A DNA stretch of 64,000 bases from Tubulanus polymorphus (lineage: Eukaryota; Animalia; Nemertea): NCBI RefSeq assembly GCF_964204645.1, contig NC_134030.1:11677947-11741946 (forward strand). The letters are read 5' to 3'. The notes under the pieces are model-generated. The model was not told the DNA's origin, ran no database searches, and was given only the letters and a program-made list of their open reading frames with translations. Positions 27,659-41,279 of the stretch are shown one piece after another (positions within the stretch are counted from its first letter, which is position 1; each line of letters starts with the position of its first letter). A program made the translations under genes and the position numbers.

Positions 27659-28854
27659 ATGGCAAGAAAACGCAAAACAAATTCCGCTATCAAAATTATT
27701 GAATCAATATCCTTAATAGATATCTGTAAGGATGTAAAAGAGAAAATGTTGCAGACTAGACACTTAATTTTTTTTCCTCAAAGGATGGAAACTTGGGAAA
27801 AAAATGTTGAAAGAAGGAACGCTAGTGAGTGATATCATTTTTGACCTGCACAAAACATTTCAATGTTCTTATAAAATAACCCAATCCATGACGGATCCAT
27901 ATGTTAATTTCATGTTGGAGTGGAATGATAAACTTCGTCAATATTCGAGCAATTGGCCGTTTATATCTACTCCTCATGAAATGTTATGGGATCTTTTTCA
28001 AAAGGATAAAATTGAAATCGATTCAGCAGGAGCAATCATCCACAGTATCGGTGACTATGTGAGAAATTATATACAGGCCAGAATGAACATTTCTGAAGAA
28101 AGAACCGAGACGAGTATTTTGAAGCCGCAGTCAACTGCAGGACTGTATCTTGTTTCTGGTGGCTGTCTGGGACTTATGTTTTCTTTATATAAGCGTGAAC
28201 GTCGAAGGGGTAATACAGAAGCCCCGAAAAAACTTCGAGTCCTTTTGAAAATGATAATTTTGGACAAAAGCAAGTCTTCAAAATTGCCTGTTGAAGTTTG
28301 GTGCCGTGATAAAGGTGGACTTTACATATTCAAGCCAGAATTCATGGATATGGTAAAATCAATTGATACCGAAATCATGAATTGTGTAAATGTAACCGAA
28401 TTGCAAAAACATAAAAAAAGAATTATCAGGGTAAGTAAACAATGTTTTAAAATATTTTTTTATTGCTCTTAATACAAAAAATACACATCAAAATAAATTA
28501 AATGTTCATATTTTTCAGCTTACAACAGACAAAATTCTGCCAAACAAGGATCTTGAAGCAGTTTTTGTCGGACTTGTCACACAAAGTGTTGGATCTGAGG
28601 TGGCAGATGAACTGAGACTGAACATAGTTTCTGTTTGGACGGACTTTTTGCGTAAATACACTCATGCGCGCATAAATGGAATCATAAAGGGAATATACGA
28701 GAAAAAAGTAGAAAAATCTGGTAAACGCCTGAAAGGAGGATCAAGCTTAAGAGAAACGCTTTATAATCTTGGAAAGACAAGAAACCCTAAACATTCTAAA
28801 TCAACTCCTTCAACTTCTAAAAAACAATCTGTTCGTAAAGGAGATAAACGGTGA
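27659..28854 (+). CDS. Two-exon accessory gene of the P-like element (~370 aa; one frameshift near 27800); resembles a P-transposase C-terminal domain
   Basis: ATG 27659 (MARKRK); phase-0 intron 28431-28518 (gtaagt...tttttcag) joins ORFs 27804 and 28600 in frame; motifs LYLVSGG, RDKGGLYIFKP, RKYTHAR. Confidence 0.75.
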
Positions 28855-28971
28855 CATGGTTATTAATTGAATAATAATACGATTCTTCATTTGATGTATA
28901 TAAAGGTAACTAAGAAATTGGACAATACATGAACGTTTATGTTTATATATAATCTATTTTTAGTTTGTTAA

Positions 28972-31900
28972 TTATTTTTTTCTCATGAGTGGAACGTCTT
29001 GGGTATAAAGCGGTGTATCTCTGTAATAATTTCTCTTCTTTTTCTTCTGATGGCCATGGACCTCTTTTTTTAACATAACAGTTCTCCTTGCCTGTGGATA
29101 GTTCAATGACGTTAGTTTTCCACCCACGCAGTGTTTAAACTGCGAGAAGAGAGTTTCTACTGCACTGCCATTCACTGTGAGTGGGGTAATATAATATCCA
29201 GGAAATTCAGTGAGATAGTCTTTACAAAATCCAATGAACCCAAACACCATAACACGAAGTAGATCATATGTCTGAAAATATAAATAGTGTCTCCATTTCT
29301 TATAGATGCTCATTTAAAAAGATAGCCATAGGTGCTATTTCGTTGATATGTTATCTTAGTTTACCTGCCAACTAATAAATTTCTTTTGGGATGGAGAAAT
29401 CATCTGGAATTCGTCAGCAACTGAAAATAAGATAGGAACCCAAATTTGAATTAGTTAATTTCTCTATGAATTATTTCGTCTGGCAAATTTATTTTAGACA
29501 CATGTAAAATAATTTGTTATATCGGTGCATTCACTCACATTCATGGTGTAGATATTCACACCAGTCCCTGAAGTATTTATATCCTTCTGAGATGTTCAAT
29601 ATGATTGGGCTTTCCATGTCATGAATCTGGCTATTTCTTGTCATGTCATTTGGTTTTCTACTTTTCAGAAGTCCTTCTTCAAAAAGTTGGCTGCAAGCCA
29701 CCAGGTAACTTCGGGTTGCCATAACATGTTCTGATTCCAATGGGATAGGAGAATTGTCGGGATTCGCGTAACTGTAGATTCGGCAAGCACTTGCGGTTGC
29801 TATAAATAAATACAGTTCGTGAAGACTAGGTTCTGACAGTTATCTCTTAATTAAGTTTGAATTAATGTTTTTTATACCTGCATGATTTTTGCTGGTTTAA
29901 CATTTAGCTTAGTCCAGGAATCTCGTTCTATATAAGATTTGATCAATCCTGGTACCATCCGAATATGATTATCATCTCTTCTTTGAGTTTCACGATTCCA
30001 CATACTTTTTATTTCATCCCATCCGAATTCAACTCCATTCATGAAGTTTTTCGTTCCACCTGTTTGACTTGCCCACAACTGATTAATTTGATTTTTAAGC
30101 TGTAAAAAGAAACATATCAATAAAAATGAGATCCTTCAATTATACTGTAAAATACCATATTTCAACTTGGATAGAAGTGTTTGCTTACTTGATGTGATGG
30201 ACAGATGACAAAGTAAATTTTCTTTTCTGGTTCGTGGGGGTTCATCATCCAAGGTTCAACTTTATGCCGATCTTCCTGGGCATCCTTTAGACCAAAGGCA
30301 CCGTGCGGATAACCACTGAGTGTTTTTATCATCGATAGGTTGGTGCTGGCTCCATCAGTCACCACCACCCTTGTCTGCAAAGAAATTTGAAAATTAAAGA
30401 TATCTGAAGATGCTAATCAATGGGTTTCATCAAAAATTATGAATTTTTGGTTTCATTTGCAATCAACTTAAAAACTTACCCTGAATCCATACTCATAAAA
30501 GATTCTCAAGACATCATACAGACAAGCTGTCGTAAAAGCTGCATCCATTGTTGTGTGACAATTAAAATAAGGTCCAATAATATCGAAATCACTGCTTAAG
30601 TCCCTCCACAAAAACTGCAACTCATATTCAGCCGTCTCTGGTGTACATTCTCCGGATAATTCTTTGAAAATATCTTTCAAAGAAGACATTTCTGTGGCGT
30701 CCATAGCGAGCCCGTTGAGTTGTTTATTTTTACTATTCCACGCTACTTTACCGATAACTTTTACTTCATCGAGTATCAAAACTCCAGTTGAGGTTGGTGA
30801 TTTTTTGCCTTTCGATGTACACTCATTTTTCCACAAATTTTAACGGTTAAATGTGTCTTCTATATAATCATAATATGACTCCGTTCCAGGAGCCTGCAAC
30901 AGTGCAGTAGAATAGTGCTGCAGTGAACTTCGCGAGGGCAGTTTGAAAATTCCCCACTCTTGAATCGCTTCGTAGGCTGCAGGGCTTCGACAGTATATTG
31001 ACAGAGCAATTCGAAAGGTGACCATACTCCAACGGTTTCCTTTTTGTCCAGTTTCTAATTTGAAAAATTAAAATATTTTGTAAATTTTGTCTGGATTTCA
31101 CTTTTCAATTTGAATTTTGGATTAACAAATATATTGAGTTAAAAGAAGTCCAATTTTCATCTAGAATTGTGGGCTAAAGTATCCAATATTGAGAAGTATA
31201 TTGAAAATATCTAGTGGTTCAGAATTATATGAATTTTTTCATGAATTCAAAATGATAGAAATTCACTTACCATTGCGGTGCTGATCGGCTTCCCAGGTAG
31301 TTTTTATTGCTTGCAATGTGTCTTTTTCTAATTCTGCTTCCGCTAAGACAGCTTCGATATCACCAGGCTTGACGTGAGAACAAAAATCTTCCAATTCCTT
31401 ACTTTGCGTCTGTTCAAGTTCGATGGTATAGTCATTTTGAATTTTCTGTGAGGTGTTAATTAATCGACGCTTTATATTTCTAGCACTTGAACTCTTTCTC
31501 TCGATTCTCCGCTTTTTGCTTCGTGGTGTCAAATTAGTCATAGGATAGTTAGAATTTTTTTCTGAACGTCTTGCTTTAGTTTGCGGAGTAACCAATTGTT
31601 CACGCTTGTTCGTCTTTCGAAGATTGCGATAAGCATTTGAACATTCCGGACATCGAGACGTTGCTGAGGATCTTGCTTCTCGTTCTTCTACCGTGGCATT
31701 GAATCGAAGTTTGAACCATTTTTGCACTTTTTTGATATAAATGATGGCGGAATCTTTCTCTCGATAACGAACGACGGAATATACTTGATTGACGAACAAA
31801 CGCTGTCAAATTCCGGTCTGGATATTCCTGTGCAGAATACATATTCACTAGACATCCGACCAAGCATATCGTCGATTACATTCCAATCTATTCCCGTGTC

Positions 31901-32249
31901 CGATAGATATGATGTTTCGAATAATAATTCATCGCATAAGTAGTGTTTCAGAACACCAGATGTGAATATTAATATCTTCGACACGGTTGCTGGTCCTCCC
32001 GTAGTGAATCCCACATCACATATTCCTCGAGTAATCTCGAGAAAAATATCTCCAGAGCAACTTAAAAATCGTATTTGTAATAACGCAAATAGATCGTGAA
32101 TATAGTTAACTATTTCTGACAATTCCGATGGACCAGCATTAAGAGCAATTTTGCTACTACCCGTTTGAGTAGTTTTATGGTCAGTTTCTTTAGAAAGTAA
32201 TACTGGAACATAAATAACGGCGGGTTGCGCTGGAAAAAAATGTAGTCAT
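28972..32249 (-). pseudogene. Multi-exon P-element/THAP9-type transposase with a few frameshifts
   Basis: HTH NRWSMVTFRIALSIYCRSPAAY...LPSRSSL; catalytic DEVKV and TDGASTN; CPSHQLKN; DSWTKLNVKPA; FISWQ/T; NGSAVETLFSQFK; GT-AG introns at about 31270-31055, 30479-30377, 30188-30100, 29877-29801, 29537-29422 and 29365-29273. Confidence 0.9.
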
Positions 32250-35200
32250 CTTTTCAGCTTTACTTGTTGCAATTGGAAGACATTATATGAATGCGGCTTT
32301 ATAAATGTTTTGAGTTGATCAGTTTGATGGTTTCTAGGGGTATGAACACTGATATTAGTCACGGTAATTAAAAAGAGCAACTGCTATGTTTAAACCCGTG
32401 CACACAGTGATGCATGGCAACTGGTAAAACCATGAACAACTATCTTTTTCGTAGTCATACAAATTTACTTGAAAATCCATCTACTAAGATGTAATAAGTT
32501 CAATTTTTTATTCAAAGGTACTTATGAGTGGTTATGGCTTAAAACTCCCATTCATATTGCTTTTCTATATTACGGGTTGTCTAAGTCGTTATTCGAAAAA
32601 CATCAAATGAAAAAAGCCCGTGTAATTTACCTATCTGAGAAAAAACTTGTAAAACTCATTTGTTCTCGTCGGTTTAGCAATTTTAAAGGATTCGAGGTAG
32701 AGAATCGTATATATTTTCACTATCTCTATAAAATACCAAATCAAAAGAAGTTGTTTAGCCTAGTTGTTAAGTCTTTATTCGTTCCACTAATGGGTGAAAT
32801 AATGGATAAATACCACAGTAACTGAATATAAGGTCATTTTTAGGAATTAGGCTTTATACGTTTTCCGATTCGAAGTTTTTCATTGGGAATTTTTCGAATA
32901 TATACCGTGTGCAATTATGTAATTTCTCTAACTTTTTGTTATGCATTAGTAGACCATAGAGAAAACTCATAATTATACGCAAATATAATTGCATCAATCG
33001 AGATATTTCATAAAGATTCTTTGCTCCGGATACAACAAACGTGGCTTCAACCATTTAACTTAGATATTCTGACCATTCAAGATATCACTCAAGTCACACA
33101 GATTTTCCAGGTACTATAAGCTCTACAAGCTTATAGTGAGTTTACTACAGTTTTCTAAGTATCATTTGTTTATATAAACATACGCTGTTTAAATGTCTGG
33201 GTCAGCAAACACAAATAGTAACACACTCGTGTACAGTCAGACCACATGTGGTTAGGGACAGTACTGTTGTTGTGCTATGCTAATGACTTACTTATATGCC
33301 AATATTCGATTGTGGTGCCATCTGGTTACTACAGGAGTACCCAGTAAAATGCTTGTGAGGCTATGAAAATCCATGAAAAAGAAGGGAGATCTTTCGCCAT
33401 CTAGTGAGAAAGTGTGCTACTTCTCATAGTTAAGCAGCTATGATCTATATAGGAGAGATTCCACTGAGTCAAACGATACCAACATTGTATTTTTAAGTTG
33501 AATAGTAAATCTGTCATAGAATCTCAAACAAAGGGAAAATAACCCATTTTACGAGTTGTACATTTTTAGTCTTTATGAATTTTTGGTCATACTGATTAGC
33601 GTCAACCAATTAATCTAAATCGGGCTAACCATTCAACAACTGTGAATAATTTATTTGCTGTGGCGTGATAATAATTAGTTTTTTTGAAGAAATGACATAC
33701 CAACTGTTAGAAAAATGTACCGATTCTTATTTTTAGACTACTACTGAATCTATAAAAGGAGGAGTCATAGACAAAGTTGATTTGCTTAGCTGGTGACACT
33801 TCTTGTCAAGTACATCATCTCAAGTACTGGGTGTTTTGTAAGTTTAATTTCAGTATTTATTTACTAAGTGCTGTTCTCTCGGACCTCAGTGCTTTCAAAC
33901 TAGGCCCACCCCATAGGCTATATAGTCCAGGGTGCATTAGCCACTATTCTTTTATATCCGACTAAAATGCACCTTTTTCTATTTTTAGATTCAGGCTTAG
34001 AATGTGCAAATTTTTTGAGATACTGAGAAATCAGATGGCACCAGTAAACTTCAACTGCGAAATTTGCAGCAGGATAGCTGAACGACACAATTTTTAAAAA
34101 TAAAATGGCTATTCGAATGCTATTTCAATAATAACTTGATTCAACCTGAGAGAAGTAAGTCAATTGCGGATGTACAGTACACCCACTTTTCTTCCCTGTT
34201 TCCTGGTACCAGATTTTTAGTCTTAAGCTAAGCGATATTCTAAGGTATACTAGTGGATTTCATTAGAATATGAAGCAATGGAACCAGAATTCTAGCCAGA
34301 GTTAAGCGAACTATTGATTCTGATATAATGTAAGAACTGATTTCCTTTGTATACTCTTGCAGAATGTGTTATGTTTTATTTCAAGCTGTTAAATAATATA
34401 GTTAGACAAATGTCCAATTATTGGATCTTTCTTGTTGACTCGTTTAATTTTGTGAGTTAAGAGTTCCAGTCAATCCACAATGTGCAGTGCCTAGCCTTCA
34501 TCTACACTAAAGCCAAGCCTGTGTATGGGAAAAAAATATCGTTCGACTCCTATAGGCCAGACACATCAAAGCATGCAATACATTGCAGATAGTAGTCTCC
34601 GGCAAGTCGAAAGAGAAAGTGAACCAGGTTTTACCCCGTACCCTACCCGGGAACAAAGACACTTAAAGATTCCTTCCTCCTTGTAGAAATTGTAGAAATA
34701 TGGCACCCAATTGTAGCAATGCTAAGTACAGTATACTATGACGGTTGAACCTTTCTTAACGAATTTCAATGACACCGAAAATAGAATCAAAATAATCATT
34801 AGTTCCATGCTAGCACTTAATTTGGGTTATCAGGTTCAGCCTAACTGTACTTTCATTCAGCTACTACTTGTATGAGACTTGGCAATGATAAGTTGCAAGA
34901 AATCACCAAACATAAGAAAAAATATTGTGAATTAATATTACTGTGATTAAGAATTTATTCAAATGAAGTGATAACTTCATTGTTAGATCGTACCGGTATA
35001 TGCACATAAAACTATGGCAAAAAACACATCTAACAATCCACGCAATCCGCAATCGATCAAGTCGATCATGACGACGACCTTAAGGCATGTCTCTGTAACC
35101 GAAGGTAGAGCATAAAACACGGTTCAGGACTCGTCAGCGGACACCGGCCCGGAAAAAATTTCAAAACGTGTATTGTCGGTACCTAGCACGATTTCAGCGT

Positions 35201-35888
35201 TTTTCGGGAATTCCCTGAAATTTCGGCGTTTTTTCGGAAATTCCCTGAAATTTCAGCGTTTTTATTTCAGCTTTTCAGTGTTTCAGCTTTTTCAGCGAAG
35301 TTCAGGAACCGGTGGCCTAGCTCGCTTATTTTTGGTAGTACATACCTGATAAAGGTCTTAGTAGGACCAGAAAGGACTAGCAGTCGACCTAAATCATCAC
35401 TTTTTAATCCATTTGAAACTGTATTGAAGGATATCCAGGCCACCTGACAATGCTCTCAAGCCACCTGACAATGCTCTCAAGCCACTTGGCTTGAGAGCAT
35501 TGTCAGGTTACTACGTTTGATAGTACCTGAGGTCTTATTAGGTTTCTTAGGCTGAAGTTAGGTATGAAGGTTTGGAAATATATTGTTAAAATGTCAAATC
35601 ATGGAGTCGCTTTCTTTTATTTAACCCCTTGCAATGAATCCTTCAATACGAAAAAAATTGCCAGTCTTTTCTAGTCCTAATAAGACTTTGTCAGGTATGT
35701 ACCTCCAAAACTGACTGAGCTTGGCCACCTGATGTGCTCTAAAGCTAAGTTGAAATAGATATTAACGTGGGCGGCACCAGGAATGTTCTACGGGAGGGGC
35801 GGGGGGTCGAGTACGTAATATTTAACTAAAAGTTTCCGTAGGGTGGAGCCCGCTCAGGTGCGGAACGCATACAAATATCTGCCAAATT

Positions 35889-38800
35889 ATGTCTTGGAGA
35901 TGCGTTCTGACGCAATCTACTAGGCAGACCGAGTCAGCTCCTGTCTACGATGATGATCCGTTTTGCCTTGACTCAATCGAAGTAGAAGTGATTGACGCCG
36001 AAATAAATGTGACAGATGATATCGAAAGTGAAAGTGAATCGACAAAACCGTGGATCGTTCCTGTTACCGTTAACAACACGGTCATTCCGATGAAGCTCGA
36101 TACTGGAAGCGACGTCAACATCATCAGCATTCTTGACTTCAAGAAGCTGAGATCTGCAGCGAAACTGAATGACAGTAGCGTCAAATTAATCGCGTACAAC
36201 GGAGGACAAATCCCGGCCAAAGGAAGGGCGATATTATCAGTTAGAGTCAACGGATTGACACAGAACTCGCTCTTCATTATCTGTCAGAACGATGCCGTTC
36301 CGATTCTTGGCAGGAAAGCGTGCGAACAATTCGGCTTGATTAAGAGGATTTTCGCGATCGCTGGAACACCGTTAGACTATAAACATTACTTCGAGGAGTA
36401 TGCAGACGTATTTACAGGACTAGGATGTCTACCTGGAAAAGTCCACATCGAGGTTCGTGACGACATCACGCCTGTTGTCGAACCTTGTCGCAAAGTGCCA
36501 TTCGGACTAGAGGAAAACCGAACTAGAACGCCTGGAATCGATAAATGTTATATCGTGAAAGTGGACGAGCCCACCGAATGGGTTAATTCACTCGTTATCG
36601 TCAACAAACAGGATGGCAACATTCGCTTGTACCTGGATCCGAGATATCTCAACCGCGCAGTGAAACGCGAACACTTCAAACTGCCTACGCGTGAAGAAAT
36701 CTGCAAAGTTTGCAGGCAGTAGATACTTTTCGAAGCTAGATGCGCGTAGTGGTTACTGGCAACTGCAACTTGACACAGCCAGTTCATACCTTTGTACATT
36801 TAACACTCCATGTGGTAGATATCGTTACTTGAGGCTACCCTTTGGTATTTCTTGTGCTAGCGAAATTTTCCAAAGAAAAATGTATCAGTTATTTGAACAT
36901 GTTCAAGGTGTACGTAGAAGTCTCAATGGATGATATTGCAGTACATGCAAACACAAAGGCAGAACATGATAGCCATTTGAGACATGTATTTCAGATAGCA
37001 CGTGAAAATGGTTTAAAGTTTAACATTGACAAATGTTTGTTGGTGTAGATGAAATCACATTCATAGGTGATAGGTACACTGCAGAAGGCCTTAAGCCTGA
37101 TAGCAAGAAAGTTGAAGTAATCACAAAGATGGCTCGCCCAGTGAATCGCACTGAACTACAGAGTTTTTTAGGCATGATAAATAATCTGGCCAGATTCGTT
37201 CCAGATTTATCATCTAGGTCAGCTCCACTTAGCTCCTTGCTAGACAAACGTGTTCACTGGAAATGGGAACACGAGCAAGAAAAAGCTTGGCTTGAACTCA
37301 AGACATTGGTTACTAGGCAACCAGTCTTACAGTATTATGATGTTTAAACAAGCATACCAAAGTGTCAACACATGCTAGTCAAAGTGGACTAGGTGCTGTA
37401 TTGTTACAATGTGACTCACTGGATGAGGATAACTGGTTACCTGTAGCATTTGCATCTAGGGCCATGTCTGAATGTGAACAGAGATGTTCAAATAGAAAAG
37501 GAAGCTCTTGGTATAGCATTTGGTTGTGAAAGATTTCATCAATATTTGTATGGTAGAAGATTTGAGGTTGAAACAGACCACAAACCGTTGATTGCTATAT
37601 TCAAGAAAAGTCTCAACGACTGCCCAGCTAGGTTACAACGGTTAAGTGATTACAGAAGTATGATCTTGAGTTGAAGTTTACACCTGGTAAATTCATGTAT
37701 ACTGCTGATGCCCTTAGTCACAATTACATGTCACACAATGGTTACCGTGAATTGGAATTGCATGTTGATGCACAGGTAGACTTACTTATGAAGTCTGTTC
37801 CCGTGTCAGACAGAAAACTGAAAGAAATCCGGGCTGACACGGACAAGGATGATACCATGTGTAAACTTCGTCAAACCATTTTTAATGGTTGGCCATATGA
37901 AAGGTCTTGTTGTCCCATAGAATTACTTCCATTTTGGAATGTAAGAGGTGAACTGTCAGTAGTTGATGCTGTGATTTGTAAAGGTACTCGTATTGTCATT
38001 CCTAGTAGTCTGAGAAAAGACATCCTTGACCAAATACATAAAGGTCATCAAGGTGAAGCAAAGTGTAAACGAAGGGCTAGGTGTTCAGTGTACTGGCCAT
38101 TGATAAACCAAGATGTAGCAAACATGGTAAAACTATGTGATACTTGTCTCACATACCGGGATGCACGGCAAAATGAACCCTTGGCACCCCATGAGATACC
38201 TGAGATAGTCCCTGGCAGAAAGTAGCCTCTGATTTGTGTACATGTGAAAACAAAGAATATCTCATTGTGGTTGATTGTTACTCATGTTACCCCGAAGCTG
38301 TACACATTCGAGACAAAACTAGTAAGTCGGTTATAAATGGTATGAAAGGTCTATTTTCTAGGCATGGTATACCCCAGAAGGTATGACAATGGTCCATGTT
38401 GCAGTTCTGGTGAGTTTTCTCAGTTTGCAGTTGAATGGGATTTTGTTCATAACACGTCCAGCCCAGGACATCCACGTTCAAATGGGCAGGCAGAGAAAAC
38501 AGTTCAGATTGTAAAGAACATACTAAGAAAATGTGCTCATTGTGGTCAGGATCCTAGGTTAGGATTACTTGCTTATAGAACAACACCAGTGATAGATGAT
38601 TTTTCCCCAGCTGAACTGTTAATGGGAAGAAAACTGAGGTCAAACTTACCCATAACACAGGATCAGTTAAAACCTGATAATAGTAAAGAAGTTGTTAAAT
38701 GGAAGAATCACAAAAGAAAACTCAGAAACTTTAATGATAAAGGTACAAGGTCATTGTGTTCCCTAAAACAAGGTGATACTGTTAGAATTAGAGATAGTAA

Positions 38801-40013
38801 AACACACAGGTGGTCACAGAAAGGTGTCATTGTGGAAAAAGTTGCCCCAAGGTCATATCTTGTGAAAACCGAAATGGTGTTTATCGTAGAAATAGGGTTG
38901 CATTTCTTTCCACAAAAGAGAAGCCACCAAACCTGAACGCACCCCCCTGGCCTGACATAGTTCATTCTGATGTACAAGTGCTAGTAACACTGCTAAAGTC
39001 TATCCCAGTTGTTATGATCGCGGCATTTCCACTCTCAAACAGCCAGTATCAACAACAATTTAATTGATACTGACAGCTGTAAGTGGTCAAACTCACCATG
39101 AGCATCGCTGACTCGCTGGACCCCAGCTGCTTGTTACTATAGTTACAGGCAAGAGTGAATAAAGAGCAAAACTTTTCGAAGCTTACACGAAGAAAATGGA
39201 GAAATTAGCAAGGAAAAATTAGTTTGAAGTCTTGTTGCATTCAAGAGTGAATATTTTCCGAGGATACCAAAGTCAATGTTTACATTAGAAAGTGTCAGAA
39301 CTAATTTTCAAGTTGAAACATTATATTTGGACGCTGTGTAAGCAAAATAGCAACACAGAACGTACGACTCATGAGATGATAACCAAATCCACAAATAGTC
39401 ATTTGTTAACATATTTGCGCATGTCTAGCTTTGTTAAGTGCACAAAATAAGAAATTAATCCTCGAAATTCCATGCTTAAATACATTTTAAGTAATTGGTG
39501 TTCTTTGAGAATATACAAGAAGAAACCAAATCTAGAGGAATAAAGAGAAGTGAATGACCAGGATGTGAAAACTTTAGTATTATTCACTCTTGAATGTAGT
39601 AGTTGCCTGACCTCAGTTACTTGCAGGGTTGAGCACATAGAAACCACAGGGTTCCAGATCTGCGATGATATGAACTGTTTGATGCACCGCGATCATAACC
39701 ACTGGGATAGACTTTAGCAACCAGGATTCGCAACACACGCTGGCACATCATGGTAGTGAAAATGCTCATGTCCCAGTCCCTCAAGCAACCACACCACCAG
39801 TTGTAACAAACCCAAGTGTTGGTCCCAGAAGGTCAGAAAGGGTTATTAAGAAACCGGAAAGATTTATTGAAAAGAACTAGTGTTAACTGGTTGTTACATG
39901 TTTACCAGTGTAGTGTACAAGTACAGAGTTTGAATCTAAGTACTGATATTATTATTGTATCATTGTATAGTTTTATTTGTTTGCAATCTTGTTTATTTTT
40001 AAAGAAAGGGAGA
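35889..40013 (+). mobile_element. Ty3/Gypsy pol (Mag/K02A2.6-like), degenerate, ending in a polypurine tract
   Basis: LDTGSDVNII; LDARSGYWQ...FNTP...RLPFG; MDDI; IEKEAL...TDHKPL; HKGHQG...C..C; DNGP...SNGQAEK; RRSERVIKKPERF; PPT aaagaaagggaga 40001-40013 followed by TG (3' LTR start 40014). Confidence 0.93.
38991..39719. mobile_element. MITE inserted in the Gypsy integrase tail
   Basis: 33-bp TIRs tgctaaagtctatcccagt(t/g)gttatgatcgcgg; Gypsy sequence resumes afterwards. Confidence 0.8.
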
Positions 40014-41279
40014 TGTCATTACAGAAGGTATACTAATTGTTATAATATTTGTATATTTCACCCGGTGTTGATTTGACAAGAAAATAAAAACACATCGTTT
40101 TCAATCCTATGCATCGAAAGATAATGTCAAACTGCAGATATATTGATTTTCGTTGCATGAACAAAGACTTCTTGGTGACTGAGGCGTAGTCCTATGCGCC
40201 ATGAAAGATACATGTAATTTCATTAAAATTGTGCCACGGCAGCCTCCCCTTTCCGATGTATTACAAAATTGTTTTCGTGACTATTGTTAAATTCACACAT
40301 TGATTGACTATGGCCATTGTTTAAGATTAGATCAATTGCTTCTTTATTACCGATATTTCATTGCAAGTGTTTCAGTTGTACTTATTGCTAGTTCGCATTG
40401 ACATTTCGTTTGATTCTGTTGAGGTTACTGTATATATTACTGGTACTGTGATTATATTTACTTCGTATGTGTCAAAACATTCCAATTTTTATTGTTGTGG
40501 TCATTGATCTGGGAATTTCATCGAGGAAAAAATTGTAACTTTTTCAACAATTATAACAACTTTCTAGAGAACTAAATTTAGAGATTCTTTACAAATCCTG
40601 TCGCGTAATAGGACACGAGCCAAAAGGGGTTGCAGTTATGCAACTTGCAGTTTGACATAAGTTGAGTACTAAGAGCTGAAACGAAATTTGTGAATGCGAT
40701 TCTGAACCGTCCGATGTATACAACAGATTTTATATAGAGACTTTTTAGCTTTTATTTATCCCATTAAAAGAAAGTCACTAGATAACGTCAAATTATAATA
40801 ATGGTATCGCTTATATCTTAGGACGTCACAAGCATTTTCCTTCTTCCTTCTACAGATTTGCTGGTTTGGCAACTTTTGTTCAACAATTTATTGTCACTCA
40901 TACAATAACCTGTTTTAGTCCTAAACCAAGTCTTAAACATTTCCCTGCAAAGAAACGTGAAGTAAAATCTGTTCAGATGTCGTTTGACGTTAACAAGGGA
41001 TTAAATGTTAGATTGAAACAATGAACTTTTAACTGTCACTATGTTAACTATCCACTGGTTAACTCTAGCCAACTTTCGAGCAACTGGCTCCCTGGCCTGG
41101 TTTTCATAACTGCATATCAAGGTTATGCCTAGGGGTAAATCCTCAATCTGGGTGATAATATGACAACCAACATGGTAACAATGAGAAACCCTTAACCTAA
41201 CAAATTTCATAATGTTATGTCGATAAAGATTTGAATTGTTTCGGTTCAAATCCGGTATACCGTTTTAGTAGTCACAGTG

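Larger units (their letters stand above)
26534..35312. mobile_element. P-superfamily DNA transposon, 8.8 kb, long TIRs, two convergent genes
   Basis: TIRs 26534-26768 and 35085-35312 (ccggttcctgaacttcgctgaaaaagc...); perfect 8-bp TSD tggcctag at 26526-26533 and 35313-35320; encloses a P-type transposase. Confidence 0.9.
26488..35764. mobile_element. Small MITE split by the P-like element (pieces 26488-26533 and 35321-35764)
   Basis: Termini taatgtctatttcaac...gagagca...ggtggcc and ggccacc...tgctct...gttgaaatagatatta are inverted repeats. Confidence 0.7.

Noticed and set aside
26525-35320. 9-bp TSD (gtggcctag) implying a Mutator element
   Set aside because: That reading makes the TIR ends asymmetric; 8 bp gives symmetric CCGG ends, and the enclosed transposase is P-type.
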